From assembly GCA_965208185.1 (NCBI GenBank), contig OZ242321.1, positions 192,163-256,162 of the forward strand: a DNA stretch of 64,000 bases. Direction: 5' to 3'. Below are positions 8,817 through 17,995 of this stretch, piece by piece; the stretch's first letter is position 1; the number at the start of each line of letters is the position of its first letter. Under the pieces are notes generated by a model, which worked only from the letters and a program-made list of their open reading frames with translations, ran no database searches and was not told where the DNA came from. Source of the DNA: Tepidiformaceae bacterium. Lineage in GTDB: Bacteria > Chloroflexota > Dehalococcoidia > Tepidiformales > Tepidiformaceae. Position numbers and translations under genes: made by a program.

Positions 8817-9893
8817 ATGAAGGCCGCAGTCATGTACGGCGTCGACCAGCCCCTCGTCATCGAGGACGTCGATATTGACGAGCCCCGCGCCAACGAAGTC
8901 GTCATTCGCACCAGCGCCACCGGCGTCTGCCACTCCGACCTCCACTTCATGGAGGGCAAGTACCCGATGGCCTGCCCCGCCGTCCTCGGGCACGAGTCCG
9001 CCGGCACCGTCGAGAAGATCGGCGACGAGGTCACCAACGTGCAGGTCGGCGACCGCGTCGTCGTCGCCTTCGTCGCCTCCTGCGGCTTCTGCGACCAGTG
9101 CGTCCAGGGCCGCCCCTTCCTCTGCTTCCAGACCAACCGCCTCGGCCGCCAGGACCGCCTCAGCATGGGCGGCCAGGTCGTCACCCAGTTCGCCGGCATG
9201 TCCGCCTTCGCCGAGCAGCAGCTCGTCAGCGCCACCGCCCTCGTCCACGTCCCCGATGACGTGCCCATGGAGGCCGCCGCCCTCGTCGGCTGCAGCGTCA
9301 TGACCGGCGTCGGCGCCGCCACCAATACCGCCCGCGTGCAGGCCGGCCAGACCGTCGCCGTCGTCGGCTGCGGCGGCGTCGGCCTCAATGTCATCCAGGG
9401 AGCCGTCGCCGCCGGTGCCTCCCGCGTCATCGCCGTCGACATGCTCGAGAACAAGCTCGCCGCCGCGAAGGAGTTCGGCGCCACCGACATCGTCGACGCC
9501 TCCGAGGGCGACCCCGTCGAGGCTGTCAAGGGAATCGTCCGCGGCGGTGTCGACTACGCCTTCGAGGCCATCGGCCTCGTCAAGACCGCCGAGCAGTGCT
9601 TCGAGATGGCCAAGCGCGGCGGACGCGCCGTCATCGTAGGCATGCTCCCCTTCGACTCACAGGTCACCCTGCCCGGCGCCGCCTTCCTCAACGAGAAGGG
9701 CATGATCGGCAGCTTCTACGGCTCCACGCGCCAGACCTACGATATGGCCTGGCTCATGGAGCTCTACCGCCAGGGACGCCTCAAGATCGACGAGCTCATC
9801 TCCCGACGCTACGAGCTTGGCGAGATCAACGAGGCCTACGACGCCCTCAAGGCCGGCGAGGTCAACCGCAGCGTCCTCGTTCTCGATAACTAG
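8817..9893 (+). CDS. zinc-dependent alcohol dehydrogenase (class III/mycothiol-dependent-formaldehyde-DH-like)
   Basis: GVCHSDLH and GHESAG zinc motifs, the structural-Zn Cys cluster CGFCDQCVQG, and the GCGGVG Rossmann motif. Confidence 0.9.
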   Translation: MKAAVMYGVDQPLVIEDVDIDEPRANEVVIRTSATGVCHSDLHFMEGKYPMACPAVLGHESAGTVEKIGDEVTNVQVGDRVVVAFVASCGFCDQCVQGRPFLCFQTNRLGRQDRLSMGGQVVTQFAGMSAFAEQQLVSATALVHVPDDVPMEAAALVGCSVMTGVGAATNTARVQAGQTVAVVGCGGVGLNVIQGAVAAGASRVIAVDMLENKLAAAKEFGATDIVDASEGDPVEAVKGIVRGGVDYAFEAIGLVKTAEQCFEMAKRGGRAVIVGMLPFDSQVTLPGAAFLNEKGMIGSFYGSTRQTYDMAWLMELYRQGRLKIDELISRRYELGEINEAYDALKAGEVNRSVLVLDN

Positions 9894-9980
9894 TGATTGG
9901 TGGTTGGTGACTGGTGACTGGTGGGCTCGCTTCGCTCACCTGGTCGCCAGCCACCACCGACCACTAGCCGCTAGTCACTA
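9891..9980. repeat. long imperfect inverted repeat (about 35 bp per arm) between convergent genes; likely bidirectional terminator
   Basis: tagtgattggtggttggtgactggtgactggtgggc pairs, with a few mismatches and bulges, to gctcacctggtcgccagccaccaccgaccacta...tcacta. The centre is near 9927-9933. The left arm contains a tandem ggtgact ggtgact. Confidence 0.5.
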
Positions 9981-9995
9981 TTCACGGCGAGCGCA

Positions 9996-10019
9996 GCGTC
10001 GCCGGCTAGCCGGCGACGC
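9996..10019. terminator. perfect 24-nt palindrome (10-bp stem) centred on the peroxiredoxin stop codon
   Basis: gcgtcgccggctagccggcgacgc was verified base by base. The stop codon (complement of 10006-10008) lies in the centre. Confidence 0.45.
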
Positions 10020-10476
10020 AAGCGAGCACCGGACCATAGTCCGGCAGCTCGACCACCGCCGGCGCCGTCTCGATGTGCGCCACGTTCCCGTCGCCGTCGA
10101 CCACCACCACCACGCGGTTCGCCATGTTCATTCCCGGCAGCAGGACGCCGTACGCCTCCGCCGTCGCCCCGATCGGGTTGAAGTCGCTCAGGACCGGGTA
10201 GCTCACGCCCGTCTGCTGCGCCCAGGCCGCCAGCGTCCAGGTGTTGTCCGTCGCGATCGCGACCGTGACCGCCCCCTCGAGGCTCCCCAGCTGCTCCTCG
10301 ATGATCGGGAGCTGGTTGCTGCACACCGGCGAGAACGCCGCCGGCACGAAGTTAATCACCACCGTCGACCCACGATGGTCGCTCAGCTTGAACGGACCCG
10401 GGTCGCCCATGGGGCTCTGGGGAAGTTCGAAATCCGGGGCCGCATCGCCCACCTTCAAAGTCGCCGTCTCAGACAT
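10006..10476 (-). CDS. peroxiredoxin (AhpC/TSA-redoxin family, Cys-type)
   Basis: MSETATLKVGDAAPDFELP ... VVINFVPAAFSPVCSNQLP, i.e. a PxxxSxxC active site. The ATG at 10476 is preferred over the GTG at 10488 because GAGG lies 6 nt upstream. Confidence 0.85.
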   Translation of the reverse strand: MSETATLKVGDAAPDFELPQSPMGDPGPFKLSDHRGSTVVINFVPAAFSPVCSNQLPIIEEQLGSLEGAVTVAIATDNTWTLAAWAQQTGVSYPVLSDFNPIGATAEAYGVLLPGMNMANRVVVVVDGDGNVAHIETAPAVVELPDYGPVLACVAG

Positions 10477-10533
10477 GTCACGCCTCACAGTACAAATTGG
10501 AGCCGCGATCGTACGGGCTAGGGAGGAGGGGCG

Positions 10534-12048
10534 CTACTCGCTCAGCGCGGCCCGCAGCTCCTTGAGAGCGGCCTCGAGCTCGCGGCCTTGCGCCTCGATC
10601 TCGTCGAGAAGTTCCTCCGGCGTCCGCTTGTCGGAGTCGTCTGGACGGTGCGGGTTGACCGCCTTGAGGTCGTATCCGTTCGCCTCAATCTCCTCGCGCG
10701 TGATTGTCCACGAACGCTCCGAGTCTGCCCGCTCAGGCAGCAGCTCGAAGAACTCCTCGAATTGCGCCAACGTGAGCGGTGATGTCTTTGTGAAACGCTC
10801 GCGGTCCGTTGGGTTGAGTTCGTAGTACCAGACGCGCTCCGTCCGCTCCCCCTTGTTGAAGAAGAGCAGGTTGCTCTTGACGCCTGAACCCGCCGACGTG
10901 AAGACGCCTGGCGCAAGGCTGACGATGCAATACAGGTCGCACTCGTCGAGGAGTTTGCGCTTGGTCTGAACGAAGGCGTTTTCGCTCGTCCGGAAGAGCA
11001 GCCCCTCGTCAACAACGAACCCAGCACGACCGCCCTTCTTGAGGCTCTCTATGACTGTTTGTAGGAAGAGCACCTGCGTGGACGAGGTTGGGTAGTCGAA
11101 GTTCTGCTGGGCGTCTACACCCTCTCTCCCGCCGAAGGGGGGATTCGTAAGGACCACATCAAATTGGTCGGGGGCTCCTTCGTAGAGACCGCCGTATTCC
11201 ACTGCGTTGGTCAGCGTGTTGCCGTGAAGGATGTGCGGTTCGTCGATGCCGTGAAGCACTAAGTTGGCCAGTGCGATCGGGTAGACGATGTTGTCCTTCT
11301 CGCATCCATAGAACGTGGCCGTGCTGAGTTGTTCGAGGGCTTGTCCTGTCGCCTCGGGAGGAAGCTGCTTGCGTACGTGGTCGTGAGTCTGGGCTAGGAA
11401 GCCGCCTGTCCCGCAGCAAGGATCGAAGACCGTCTCACCTAGGTGGGGATCTACAACTTGAACCATCGCCCGGACGACTTCCCGTGGTGTGAAGAACTGT
11501 CCCCCGTCGTTGTTCTTCTCTCCCATCGATAGGAGCAAACCCTCGTAGGCTCCCGAGAGCGGGAACAAGTGTTGATCGCTCACCGCCTCTTGGCGGATTT
11601 CGTGGACGCGATCAACCACGTCGAAGAAGTTGCGCTCCGTGTCCACACGCGTCTCGGTCACGCTGGAGAGAATCTGACTGATTAGCCTCTGGCGAGGAGA
11701 GCCACCGTTGTCTCCCAACGAGTGGAGGTACGGAAGGAGATCCGTTTCCAGGAACTCGAAGGCGGACGTTCCCGATCCATGCTGGAGCAGGTGTCGCTTC
11801 GCTCCCTCCGGCGCGGCCCAGTCGCGCCATCGGTAAGGCTCCGGAATGGACTCTTCGTATCGTCGCCTGAGCACGCCTGCTTCGAGCGCCTCCCGCTCTT
11901 CGCGCTCATCGAGGAACCTAAGAAAGAGAAGCCACGTCAGCTCAGGCACGTACTGGAGCGCGCCAGCGCAATTTGAGCGTCGAAGCACGTCACAGACGGC
12001 CTTTATCCGTGTGTCAAGATCTGACGAGGAGTCGATGAAAGTGGTCAT
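10534..12048 (-). CDS. hsdM: Type I restriction-modification system, DNA methyltransferase subunit
   Basis: HsdM N-domain (ELTWLLFLRFLDERE), motif I DPCCGTGGFL, motif IV NPPFGG. The ATGA overlaps the upstream hsdS remnant. Confidence 0.93.
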   Translation of the reverse strand: MTTFIDSSSDLDTRIKAVCDVLRRSNCAGALQYVPELTWLLFLRFLDEREEREALEAGVLRRRYEESIPEPYRWRDWAAPEGAKRHLLQHGSGTSAFEFLETDLLPYLHSLGDNGGSPRQRLISQILSSVTETRVDTERNFFDVVDRVHEIRQEAVSDQHLFPLSGAYEGLLLSMGEKNNDGGQFFTPREVVRAMVQVVDPHLGETVFDPCCGTGGFLAQTHDHVRKQLPPEATGQALEQLSTATFYGCEKDNIVYPIALANLVLHGIDEPHILHGNTLTNAVEYGGLYEGAPDQFDVVLTNPPFGGREGVDAQQNFDYPTSSTQVLFLQTVIESLKKGGRAGFVVDEGLLFRTSENAFVQTKRKLLDECDLYCIVSLAPGVFTSAGSGVKSNLLFFNKGERTERVWYYELNPTDRERFTKTSPLTLAQFEEFFELLPERADSERSWTITREEIEANGYDLKAVNPHRPDDSDKRTPEELLDEIEAQGRELEAALKELRAALSE

Positions 12049-12459
12049 GTCGCGACGGGCTCGAGAGCGCGTCGCAGGATAGCACCAGCAAGTTCCTCGG
12101 TTGCGGCCCGTTGCGCCTCTATAGCCTTACGAACGCCTCTTGCGGCAGCTAGCTGACTCTCGATCTCGGCGACAATTTGCTGCTGCTCGTCGAGAGGGGG
12201 CAGTGGGACGGGCAGCTGGCACAAGAGACGTAGAGCAGGCTTCGTAGCCCGCTTGCGTAATGGTTCGCTCAGAGGAACCAATCTCGGGGCTATCCATCGC
12301 TCCAAGGTCAGTTGGCGTAATCCAGCAGATGTCCCCGCCCCAATACTCCGGAATGCCTGACTTTGGTGTCGAGCCGTTTACGATCTGACAGACGTCTCCG
12401 AGAGGGGCCCACCGCCAGCCAGCAGGCAAGGCGTCACCGGGGTTCACAGGTCGCTCCAC
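12045..12459 (-). pseudogene. hsdS: remnant of the Type I specificity subunit (internal deletion plus frameshift)
   Basis: ORF 12127..12459 starts as a normal TRD (LPAGWRWAPLGDVCQIVNGSTPKSGIPEYWGGDICWITPTDL...ERTITQAGYEA) and then becomes nonsense. The conserved C-terminal helix (LPVPLPPLDEQQQIVAEIESQLAAARGVRKAIEAQ) is in another frame (ORF 12045..12305). The whole locus is 415 nt, versus ~1.2 kb for an intact two-TRD hsdS. Confidence 0.8.
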
Positions 12460-14756
12460 TCTTCGTCGCTCGCAAGTACCTGGCGTCTCACATCCTGCAA
12501 TGCCGTACTCGGCTCGGGGCCGAGTGCGGCGATCCCACCCGCATCTCGGACCGAAGGGACACTAAAGAGTTCCCTGCTTTCGAGGGCACGAGTCCCCTCG
12601 TACGCGAACTGACGGGCGAGAGCCCGGAGCAGTAACTCGTCGCCTTCCAACCGGTCCTCGAAGCGGTCGGCTCGCTCCATGCGCTCTCGCGCCGTCTCGT
12701 CAAAGAAAGCGTGCGCCAGCACGTCGTACTCGTCGCATGCACGTAGACCAGACGCGGCCTGAAGGACAGCGACGCTGTTCGCCCCTTCGGGCAGTCCTTC
12801 AACGAGCTCGCGTCGCTCTTCTGGCTCAACCCACCGCTCTCGAAACTCTTCAAGGCTCGTGACCTCTGACAGCAAGCTGTCGGCGACGCGCTCGCGGTAG
12901 TCATCAAGCGTTACCCGCTCAAGATTGCCGTTGGCGCCCGGGACCATAATCGCCGCCCCCTCCGGCTCGATCCGTACCTCCACGCCGTCTGCCTCGAAAA
13001 TGCGGATGGGTTCCGGGTCGCGTTCCGTACCCCTTTGCTCCTCTTCGGACGGCGCCGGCTGGGCAAGGGAGGCGTCCATCAGCCGTGTAGCGTTGGTGTA
13101 GTCATACACGGTGAAGTGGCGCTTGCCGCTCTCCTCGTGAATACGTGTGCCCCTCCCCAGCATCTGGTGGAACGTAATCGGGGATTTGAGGTAGCGGAAG
13201 TAGACGATGTTCTGCAGCCGAGGCACGTCGACGCCTGTGCTGATCAAATCGACCGTGCAGGCCACGAAGGCTCGCGTGGCTGCACCCTTGAGGTCGGCCA
13301 GGTGGGCTCCTTCGCTCTTGCCTGTGCACTTGAAGGCGTAGGGATCCACCAGCTTCTCCTGCTCCTGTGCAGCCCACTCCGCGTAGAGGTTGTTCATGGC
13401 GGCGGCAACGCGGTCCGCATGGTCGTCACGGGCACAGAAGATCAGTGTCTTTTGTCGCGGCCCGCCGGTCTTGAGTAGCTGTTGGAACAGGTCTTCGCAC
13501 ATCGCATTGACGCGGTCAGGAAGCATGAGCCGCTCTTCAAGCGCTCCTGGAGCATAGACGGACGAGAGGTCCGCGACGTCGGCCAATTCGCCCGTCTTGG
13601 CATCACGAATCCTTGCGGCCTTGAGACGTTCGCGCTCGACGCCCTGGTCTCTCTCGCGCAGCCCTGCAGTGATGATATCGGAGGCCACAAGCCGCATCGC
13701 GGCCAGGAACCCATCATCCATGGCGCTCGCGATGGAGTACTCGTAAACCGGCTGGCCGAAGTAGGCGTGATTGTCGTTCTGGATGCGCTCGTCCTCTTCG
13801 GTCGCATACAAGAAAGTGCGAGGAGTGGCGGTGAGACCGATGTGCACGGCGTCGGGTTTGCGGTCGAGCACTGTCCGCCACCTACCCCACGCCGAGCGGT
13901 GGCACTCGTCGATGATGATGTGACTGAAGTAGTTCTCGGGGTAGTGCTGCGTGAGGAACGACGCATCGCCATCCTCCCCGTCGATTCCAAGCGTCTGGTA
14001 CGTCGCCACGATCACGCGTGCGTTCTTCTCGGGGTTGCGGGTGGTCGCTTTGGCCGCATCGGACTTGAACTCGTTCGACAGGGCACTCAGAGCTTGGGTT
14101 CGCAGCGTGTCACGGTCGCAGAGGAAGAGCGCCCGCGTCAGCTGTCTTGCATCGCGTAAGGCTCGCAGGAGGCTCACGGCGATGCGGGTCTTTCCGGTAC
14201 CAGTAGCCAATGAGAGCAGGGCACGCTTCTCACCGGCGGCGACCTTCTCCAGCACAGCCCTCACCGCGGCTCGCTGGTAGTAGCGGTCCCCCTCGCGAAC
14301 TGACCGGAGCAGCGGCGCTGCCCCCGCGGAATCAAGCTCAACCTTGCGGTGCTCGGCCCACCGATTGAGCAAGTCTTCCCACGTAGGGAATTGACCCAGG
14401 GGCGCTGGGCTGGTGGTTTTCCCGGTCTCAAAATCATGCTCCACAAACTGGTGCCCGTTCGTGGCAAAGACGAAGGGGACGTGGTGCTGGCGGCCGTAGC
14501 CCTTCGCCTGTTCCAGGCCCTCGCCAGGCGCATGGTTTTCCGCCTTAGCCTCAAGCAGGGCGATTGGGAGGGTTCTGTTCTCCACCGGCGCGTGCAGGAG
14601 GTAGTCCATCCGTTTGCGTCCATGCCGCCCGCCACTGCCCACGATCGCGATACGCCCCGGCGTCTGCTCACGCCTGATTAGGCTTTCAGGCCAACCGCGC
14701 CCATGGAGCGCCGGATCAATCAGCTTCGCCCGCGTATCGGCCTCGTTTAGGGGCAT
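12444..14756 (-). CDS. hsdR: Type I restriction enzyme, R (helicase-nuclease) subunit with EcoEI-R-like C-terminal domain
   Basis: Trimmed to the ATG at 14756 (MPLNEADTRAKLIDPAL). PD-(D/E)xK region MDYLL...LLEAKA, Walker A ATGTGKT, DEAH-like IIIDECHRS. The upstream 58 codons of the ORF are low-complexity. Confidence 0.9.
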   Translation of the reverse strand: MPLNEADTRAKLIDPALHGRGWPESLIRREQTPGRIAIVGSGGRHGRKRMDYLLHAPVENRTLPIALLEAKAENHAPGEGLEQAKGYGRQHHVPFVFATNGHQFVEHDFETGKTTSPAPLGQFPTWEDLLNRWAEHRKVELDSAGAAPLLRSVREGDRYYQRAAVRAVLEKVAAGEKRALLSLATGTGKTRIAVSLLRALRDARQLTRALFLCDRDTLRTQALSALSNEFKSDAAKATTRNPEKNARVIVATYQTLGIDGEDGDASFLTQHYPENYFSHIIIDECHRSAWGRWRTVLDRKPDAVHIGLTATPRTFLYATEEDERIQNDNHAYFGQPVYEYSIASAMDDGFLAAMRLVASDIITAGLRERDQGVERERLKAARIRDAKTGELADVADLSSVYAPGALEERLMLPDRVNAMCEDLFQQLLKTGGPRQKTLIFCARDDHADRVAAAMNNLYAEWAAQEQEKLVDPYAFKCTGKSEGAHLADLKGAATRAFVACTVDLISTGVDVPRLQNIVYFRYLKSPITFHQMLGRGTRIHEESGKRHFTVYDYTNATRLMDASLAQPAPSEEEQRGTERDPEPIRIFEADGVEVRIEPEGAAIMVPGANGNLERVTLDDYRERVADSLLSEVTSLEEFRERWVEPEERRELVEGLPEGANSVAVLQAASGLRACDEYDVLAHAFFDETARERMERADRFEDRLEGDELLLRALARQFAYEGTRALESRELFSVPSVRDAGGIAALGPEPSTALQDVRRQVLASDEEWSDL

Positions 14757-14765
14757 AGGCCGCGC

Positions 14766-14771
14766 AGTATA
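14766..14771 (-). promoter_or_regulatory. possible -10 box (TATACT) only 9 nt upstream of the hsdR ATG (near-leaderless transcript?)
   Basis: The reverse strand reads ggcTATACTgcgcggcctATG. No SD is visible. Confidence 0.25.
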
Positions 14772-14951
14772 GCCAACCCGTGCCACCCGCCCCTTCCCCC
14801 TCCCGGCCACCCGACCCCACCCTCCCGCCAAGGGCTGCCGCTGGGACTGGACTACGGTGACGAGTCGTAGCACGGACGGGCCGGGTGGGACCGCAGCGCC
14901 CAACGTCTGACCGGGACCGGGCCCCCACACGCCCGCGTATCATCCTCTCCC

Positions 14952-16187
14952 ATGCCCGGCCTCCCCCTCTCCGGCATCCGCGTCATCGACCTCACCTGGA
15001 TCATCGCCGGACCTACCGCCACCCGGTACCTCGCCGATTTCGGCGCCGATGTCATCAAGGTCGAGCACGAGCAGGCCGTCGACCCCATCCGACTCGGACG
15101 CCCCATCGTCGGCGATAGCCCCACCCTCAACAACTCCGGCTTCTTCAACTACGTCAACCGCAACAAGCGCAGCATCCTCCTCAACGTCCGCCACCCTTTC
15201 GGCATGGACCTGCTCAAGCGCCTCATCGCCGTCTCCGATGTCGTCGTCGAGAACTTCTCCGCCGGAACCCTCGCCTCCTGGGAGCTCGACTATCCCGAGA
15301 TGCGCGACATCAACGAACGCATCATCTACTGCTCCATCTCGGGTTTCGGGCACACCGGCCGCGACCGCGACCACACCACCTGGGGACCCACCGCCCAGGC
15401 CCTCGGCGGCCTCACCCTCACCTCCGGCCTCCCCGGCATCACCCCCGCCGGCTGGGGCTACAGCTTCATGGACCACACCGCCGGCTACTCCGCCGCCATC
15501 GCCATCCTCATGGCCCTCCACCACCGCAACCGCACCGGCGAGGGCCAGCACATCGATATGTCCCAGGTCGAGGCCGCCACCGTCCTCAACGGCCCCGCCG
15601 TCCTCGACCGCACCGTCAACGGCCGCAGCTGGCGTCGCGAGGGATTGCCCCCCGGCAACCGCGCCTGGGAGCCCGCCGTCGCCCCCCACAACACCTACCC
15701 CTGCGCCGGCGAGGACCGCTGGATTGCCGTCGCCGTCACCAGCGACGCCGAGTGGGAGGCCCTCGTCCGCGCCATGGGCGAACCCGCCTGGGCCCGCGAA
15801 GCACGGTTCGGGTCGAACGCGGACCGTCTTGCCAACCAGGACGCCCTCGACGAGCACATCGCTGCCTGGACCGCTGAGCGCGACGACTACGACCTGATGG
15901 CCCTCCTCCAGGCGTCGGGGGTGCGCGCGGCCGTCTGCCAGAAACCCGGGGATCGCGTCGAGAGCGATCCCCAGTTCGCCGCGCGCGGCTGGTGGCAGAC
16001 CCTCCCCCACCCCGACATGGGTGACACCCTCCACGACGGCGTCGCCCCCCGCCTCTCCTCCACCCCCGGCGTCCTGCAGCGCGCCGCCCCCCGCATCGGC
16101 GAGCACACCCGCGAGATCCTGGCCGAGGCGCTCGACCTGTCCGAAGCGGAGATCGACGAGTTCGCGGAAGCGGGGGTGTTCATGTGA
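14952..16187 (+). CDS. family III CoA-transferase (CaiB/BaiF family)
   Basis: LSGIRVIDLTWIIAGPTATRYLADFGADVIKVE N-terminal signature; 411 aa. Confidence 0.9.
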   Translation: MPGLPLSGIRVIDLTWIIAGPTATRYLADFGADVIKVEHEQAVDPIRLGRPIVGDSPTLNNSGFFNYVNRNKRSILLNVRHPFGMDLLKRLIAVSDVVVENFSAGTLASWELDYPEMRDINERIIYCSISGFGHTGRDRDHTTWGPTAQALGGLTLTSGLPGITPAGWGYSFMDHTAGYSAAIAILMALHHRNRTGEGQHIDMSQVEAATVLNGPAVLDRTVNGRSWRREGLPPGNRAWEPAVAPHNTYPCAGEDRWIAVAVTSDAEWEALVRAMGEPAWAREARFGSNADRLANQDALDEHIAAWTAERDDYDLMALLQASGVRAAVCQKPGDRVESDPQFAARGWWQTLPHPDMGDTLHDGVAPRLSSTPGVLQRAAPRIGEHTREILAEALDLSEAEIDEFAEAGVFM

Positions 16188-17407
16188 GCGGTCCCCTGGC
16201 CGGCCTGCGCGTCGTCGAGATCGCCGATGAGCTGGGGCAGTACGCCGGCAAGCTCCTGGCCGACATGGGCGCCGACGTCGTCAAGATCGAGCCCCCCGAA
16301 GGCTCGGAGGCGCGGCGCGTCGGCCCCTTCGTCAACGACGAGCCCGGCCCCAATCGCTCCCTCAACTTCTGGTACCACAACACGAACAAGCGCTCCGCCG
16401 TCCTCGACCTCGAAGGCTCCGAATCCGACCGCGAGACCGCCCGCGCCCTCCTCGCCCGCGCCGACATCTTCCTCGAGGCCCTGCCCCCCGGCCGCGGCGC
16501 CGCCCTCGGCCTCGACTACGACACGCTCGTCCCCGCCAATCCCCGCCTCATCCACTGCGCCCTCACCCCCTTCGGCCAGGACGGCCCCTGGGCGCACTAC
16601 CGCGTCACCGACCTGGTTGCGCTGGCGGCCGGCGGCCCCATGAACATGAACGGCTACGACCCCGAGGACGCCCCCGGCGCCCCGCCCATCCACGGCAAGG
16701 GCGACCAGGCCTACAACACCGCCGCCCACTTCGCTGCCATGGGCATCCTCACCGCGCTCGTGGGCCGCGACGCCGGTGGGGAAGGACAGTACATCGACTG
16801 CTCCATGCACGAGGCCCTCTCCTCCGCCACCGAGGTTGGGCTGCCCCACTGGCTCTACACGAAGACGAACATCATCCGGCAGACCGGCCGGCATGCGGCC
16901 ACCATCCGCACGGAGCCGTGGATCCACCGCGCCCGCGACGGCAAGGACGTGCTCGTCTTCAACATCGGGCGCAGCAACGAGTCCTGGGGGAAGCTGAAGC
17001 GCTGGATGCAGTCCCACGGCTTCGGCGCGCAGTTCGACGAAGAGCGCTTCGATGACCCCATGAACCGAATGGCCGCCCGTGGCACGCCCGAGGCCAAGGA
17101 GATCTTCGCGGAGGTCTCAAGCTTCGTCGGCACTCTCGATGCCGAGGAGGTGTATCGCGGCTCGCAGGCCTGCGGCCTCCCCTGGGGCACCGTGCGCTCC
17201 CCCGACGAGGCCGTCGACGACCCCCACCTGCACGACCGCGGCCACTTCGTCGCGACGACGGGCGAGGGGCTGGGTGGGGAGGCGCTGATGCCGGGCGCCC
17301 CCTATGTGCTCACCGCGAGCCCCTGGGAGCTGCGCCGTCCCGCCCCGAAGCTCGGCGAACACACGGACGAGGTGCTGGCGGAGCTGCGCGCCCCTACTCC
17401 GGAATAG
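16184..17407 (+). CDS. family III CoA-transferase (CaiB/BaiF family), second copy
   Basis: LAGLRVVEIADELGQYAGKLLADMGADVVKIEPPEG. The ATGA overlaps the preceding paralogue. Confidence 0.9.
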   Translation: MSGPLAGLRVVEIADELGQYAGKLLADMGADVVKIEPPEGSEARRVGPFVNDEPGPNRSLNFWYHNTNKRSAVLDLEGSESDRETARALLARADIFLEALPPGRGAALGLDYDTLVPANPRLIHCALTPFGQDGPWAHYRVTDLVALAAGGPMNMNGYDPEDAPGAPPIHGKGDQAYNTAAHFAAMGILTALVGRDAGGEGQYIDCSMHEALSSATEVGLPHWLYTKTNIIRQTGRHAATIRTEPWIHRARDGKDVLVFNIGRSNESWGKLKRWMQSHGFGAQFDEERFDDPMNRMAARGTPEAKEIFAEVSSFVGTLDAEEVYRGSQACGLPWGTVRSPDEAVDDPHLHDRGHFVATTGEGLGGEALMPGAPYVLTASPWELRRPAPKLGEHTDEVLAELRAPTPE

Positions 17408-17975
17408 TCACTTCCTGCCCAACCTGGAGCGTGAGGCAGGACTCCTCGTCCAGTCCGTTGGCCACCATGAACGTCTGCACGGAGATGTCGTGGTCCTGGG
17501 CGATGGCAACGCAGGTGTCGCCCGGTACGACGATGTAGGTCCGCCCCGCGCCCGGGCGCTCCTCGACTTCCTCTTCCGTCACGACGTCTGGGTCCGCTGG
17601 CGGAATGTTGAGGGTTTCGTCGACGTGGAGGTTCGTGCAGTCCTCGTTGATGCGGGGATTCGCCGCGAGCAGCTCCGCGACGGAGATGTTGTGCTGCGCG
17701 GCGATGGCGCCGCAGTTGTCCCCTTCCCGAACGACGTAGGTGCGCGCCGGTTGCGGCTCCGGCTCGACGGTGGCGGGTGGCGTGTCGCCGGGGGCGTACA
17801 CGTGTGGCGGGTCGATGATGAAGGGGTCGCGTTCCTCGTCGGGCACGGCTGTGGGAACGCTCGCCGGATCGCTTAGCGTCGGACGCCCCTGCGGCTCAAC
17901 CACATCGTCGTCGTCACCGCAGCCCACGATGAGCAGAGCAAAGAGACAGGCCACAGCGAACGTTCGGGTGAGCAC
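17394..17975 (-). CDS. lipoprotein with two LysM domains
   Basis: Lipobox LLIVGC. Two LysM repeats (YVVREGDNCGAIAAQHNISVAELLAANP; YIVVPGDTCVAIAQDHDISVQTFMVANG). Confidence 0.85.
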   Translation of the reverse strand: MLTRTFAVACLFALLIVGCGDDDDVVEPQGRPTLSDPASVPTAVPDEERDPFIIDPPHVYAPGDTPPATVEPEPQPARTYVVREGDNCGAIAAQHNISVAELLAANPRINEDCTNLHVDETLNIPPADPDVVTEEEVEERPGAGRTYIVVPGDTCVAIAQDHDISVQTFMVANGLDEESCLTLQVGQEVTIPE

Positions 17976-17995
17976 CGTGGGCCATGCTAGGTTCG

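Noticed and set aside
6605-9529. 974-aa ORF on the minus strand, as if it were one giant gene
   Set aside because: Only the 3' part (about 6605-7940) shows real domains (PT linker, LTD, TM). The segment 8677-9529 is antisense to a well-supported ADH gene, and 7940-8676 is out of frame with the real N-terminal ORF. The remainder is Gly/Arg/Ala-rich high-GC read-through.
14770-14790. Sigma-54-like TGGCAC...GC element upstream of hsdR
   Set aside because: The GG-to-GC spacing is 9 nt rather than the required 10, and there is no TTGC core.
10477-14951. Mobile-element hallmarks (integrase, transposase, tRNA att site, direct repeats) at the borders of the R-M island
   Set aside because: None were found by eye in the 57-nt left and 195-nt right flanks. 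Only the lower GC suggests foreign origin, so no mobile element feature was called.
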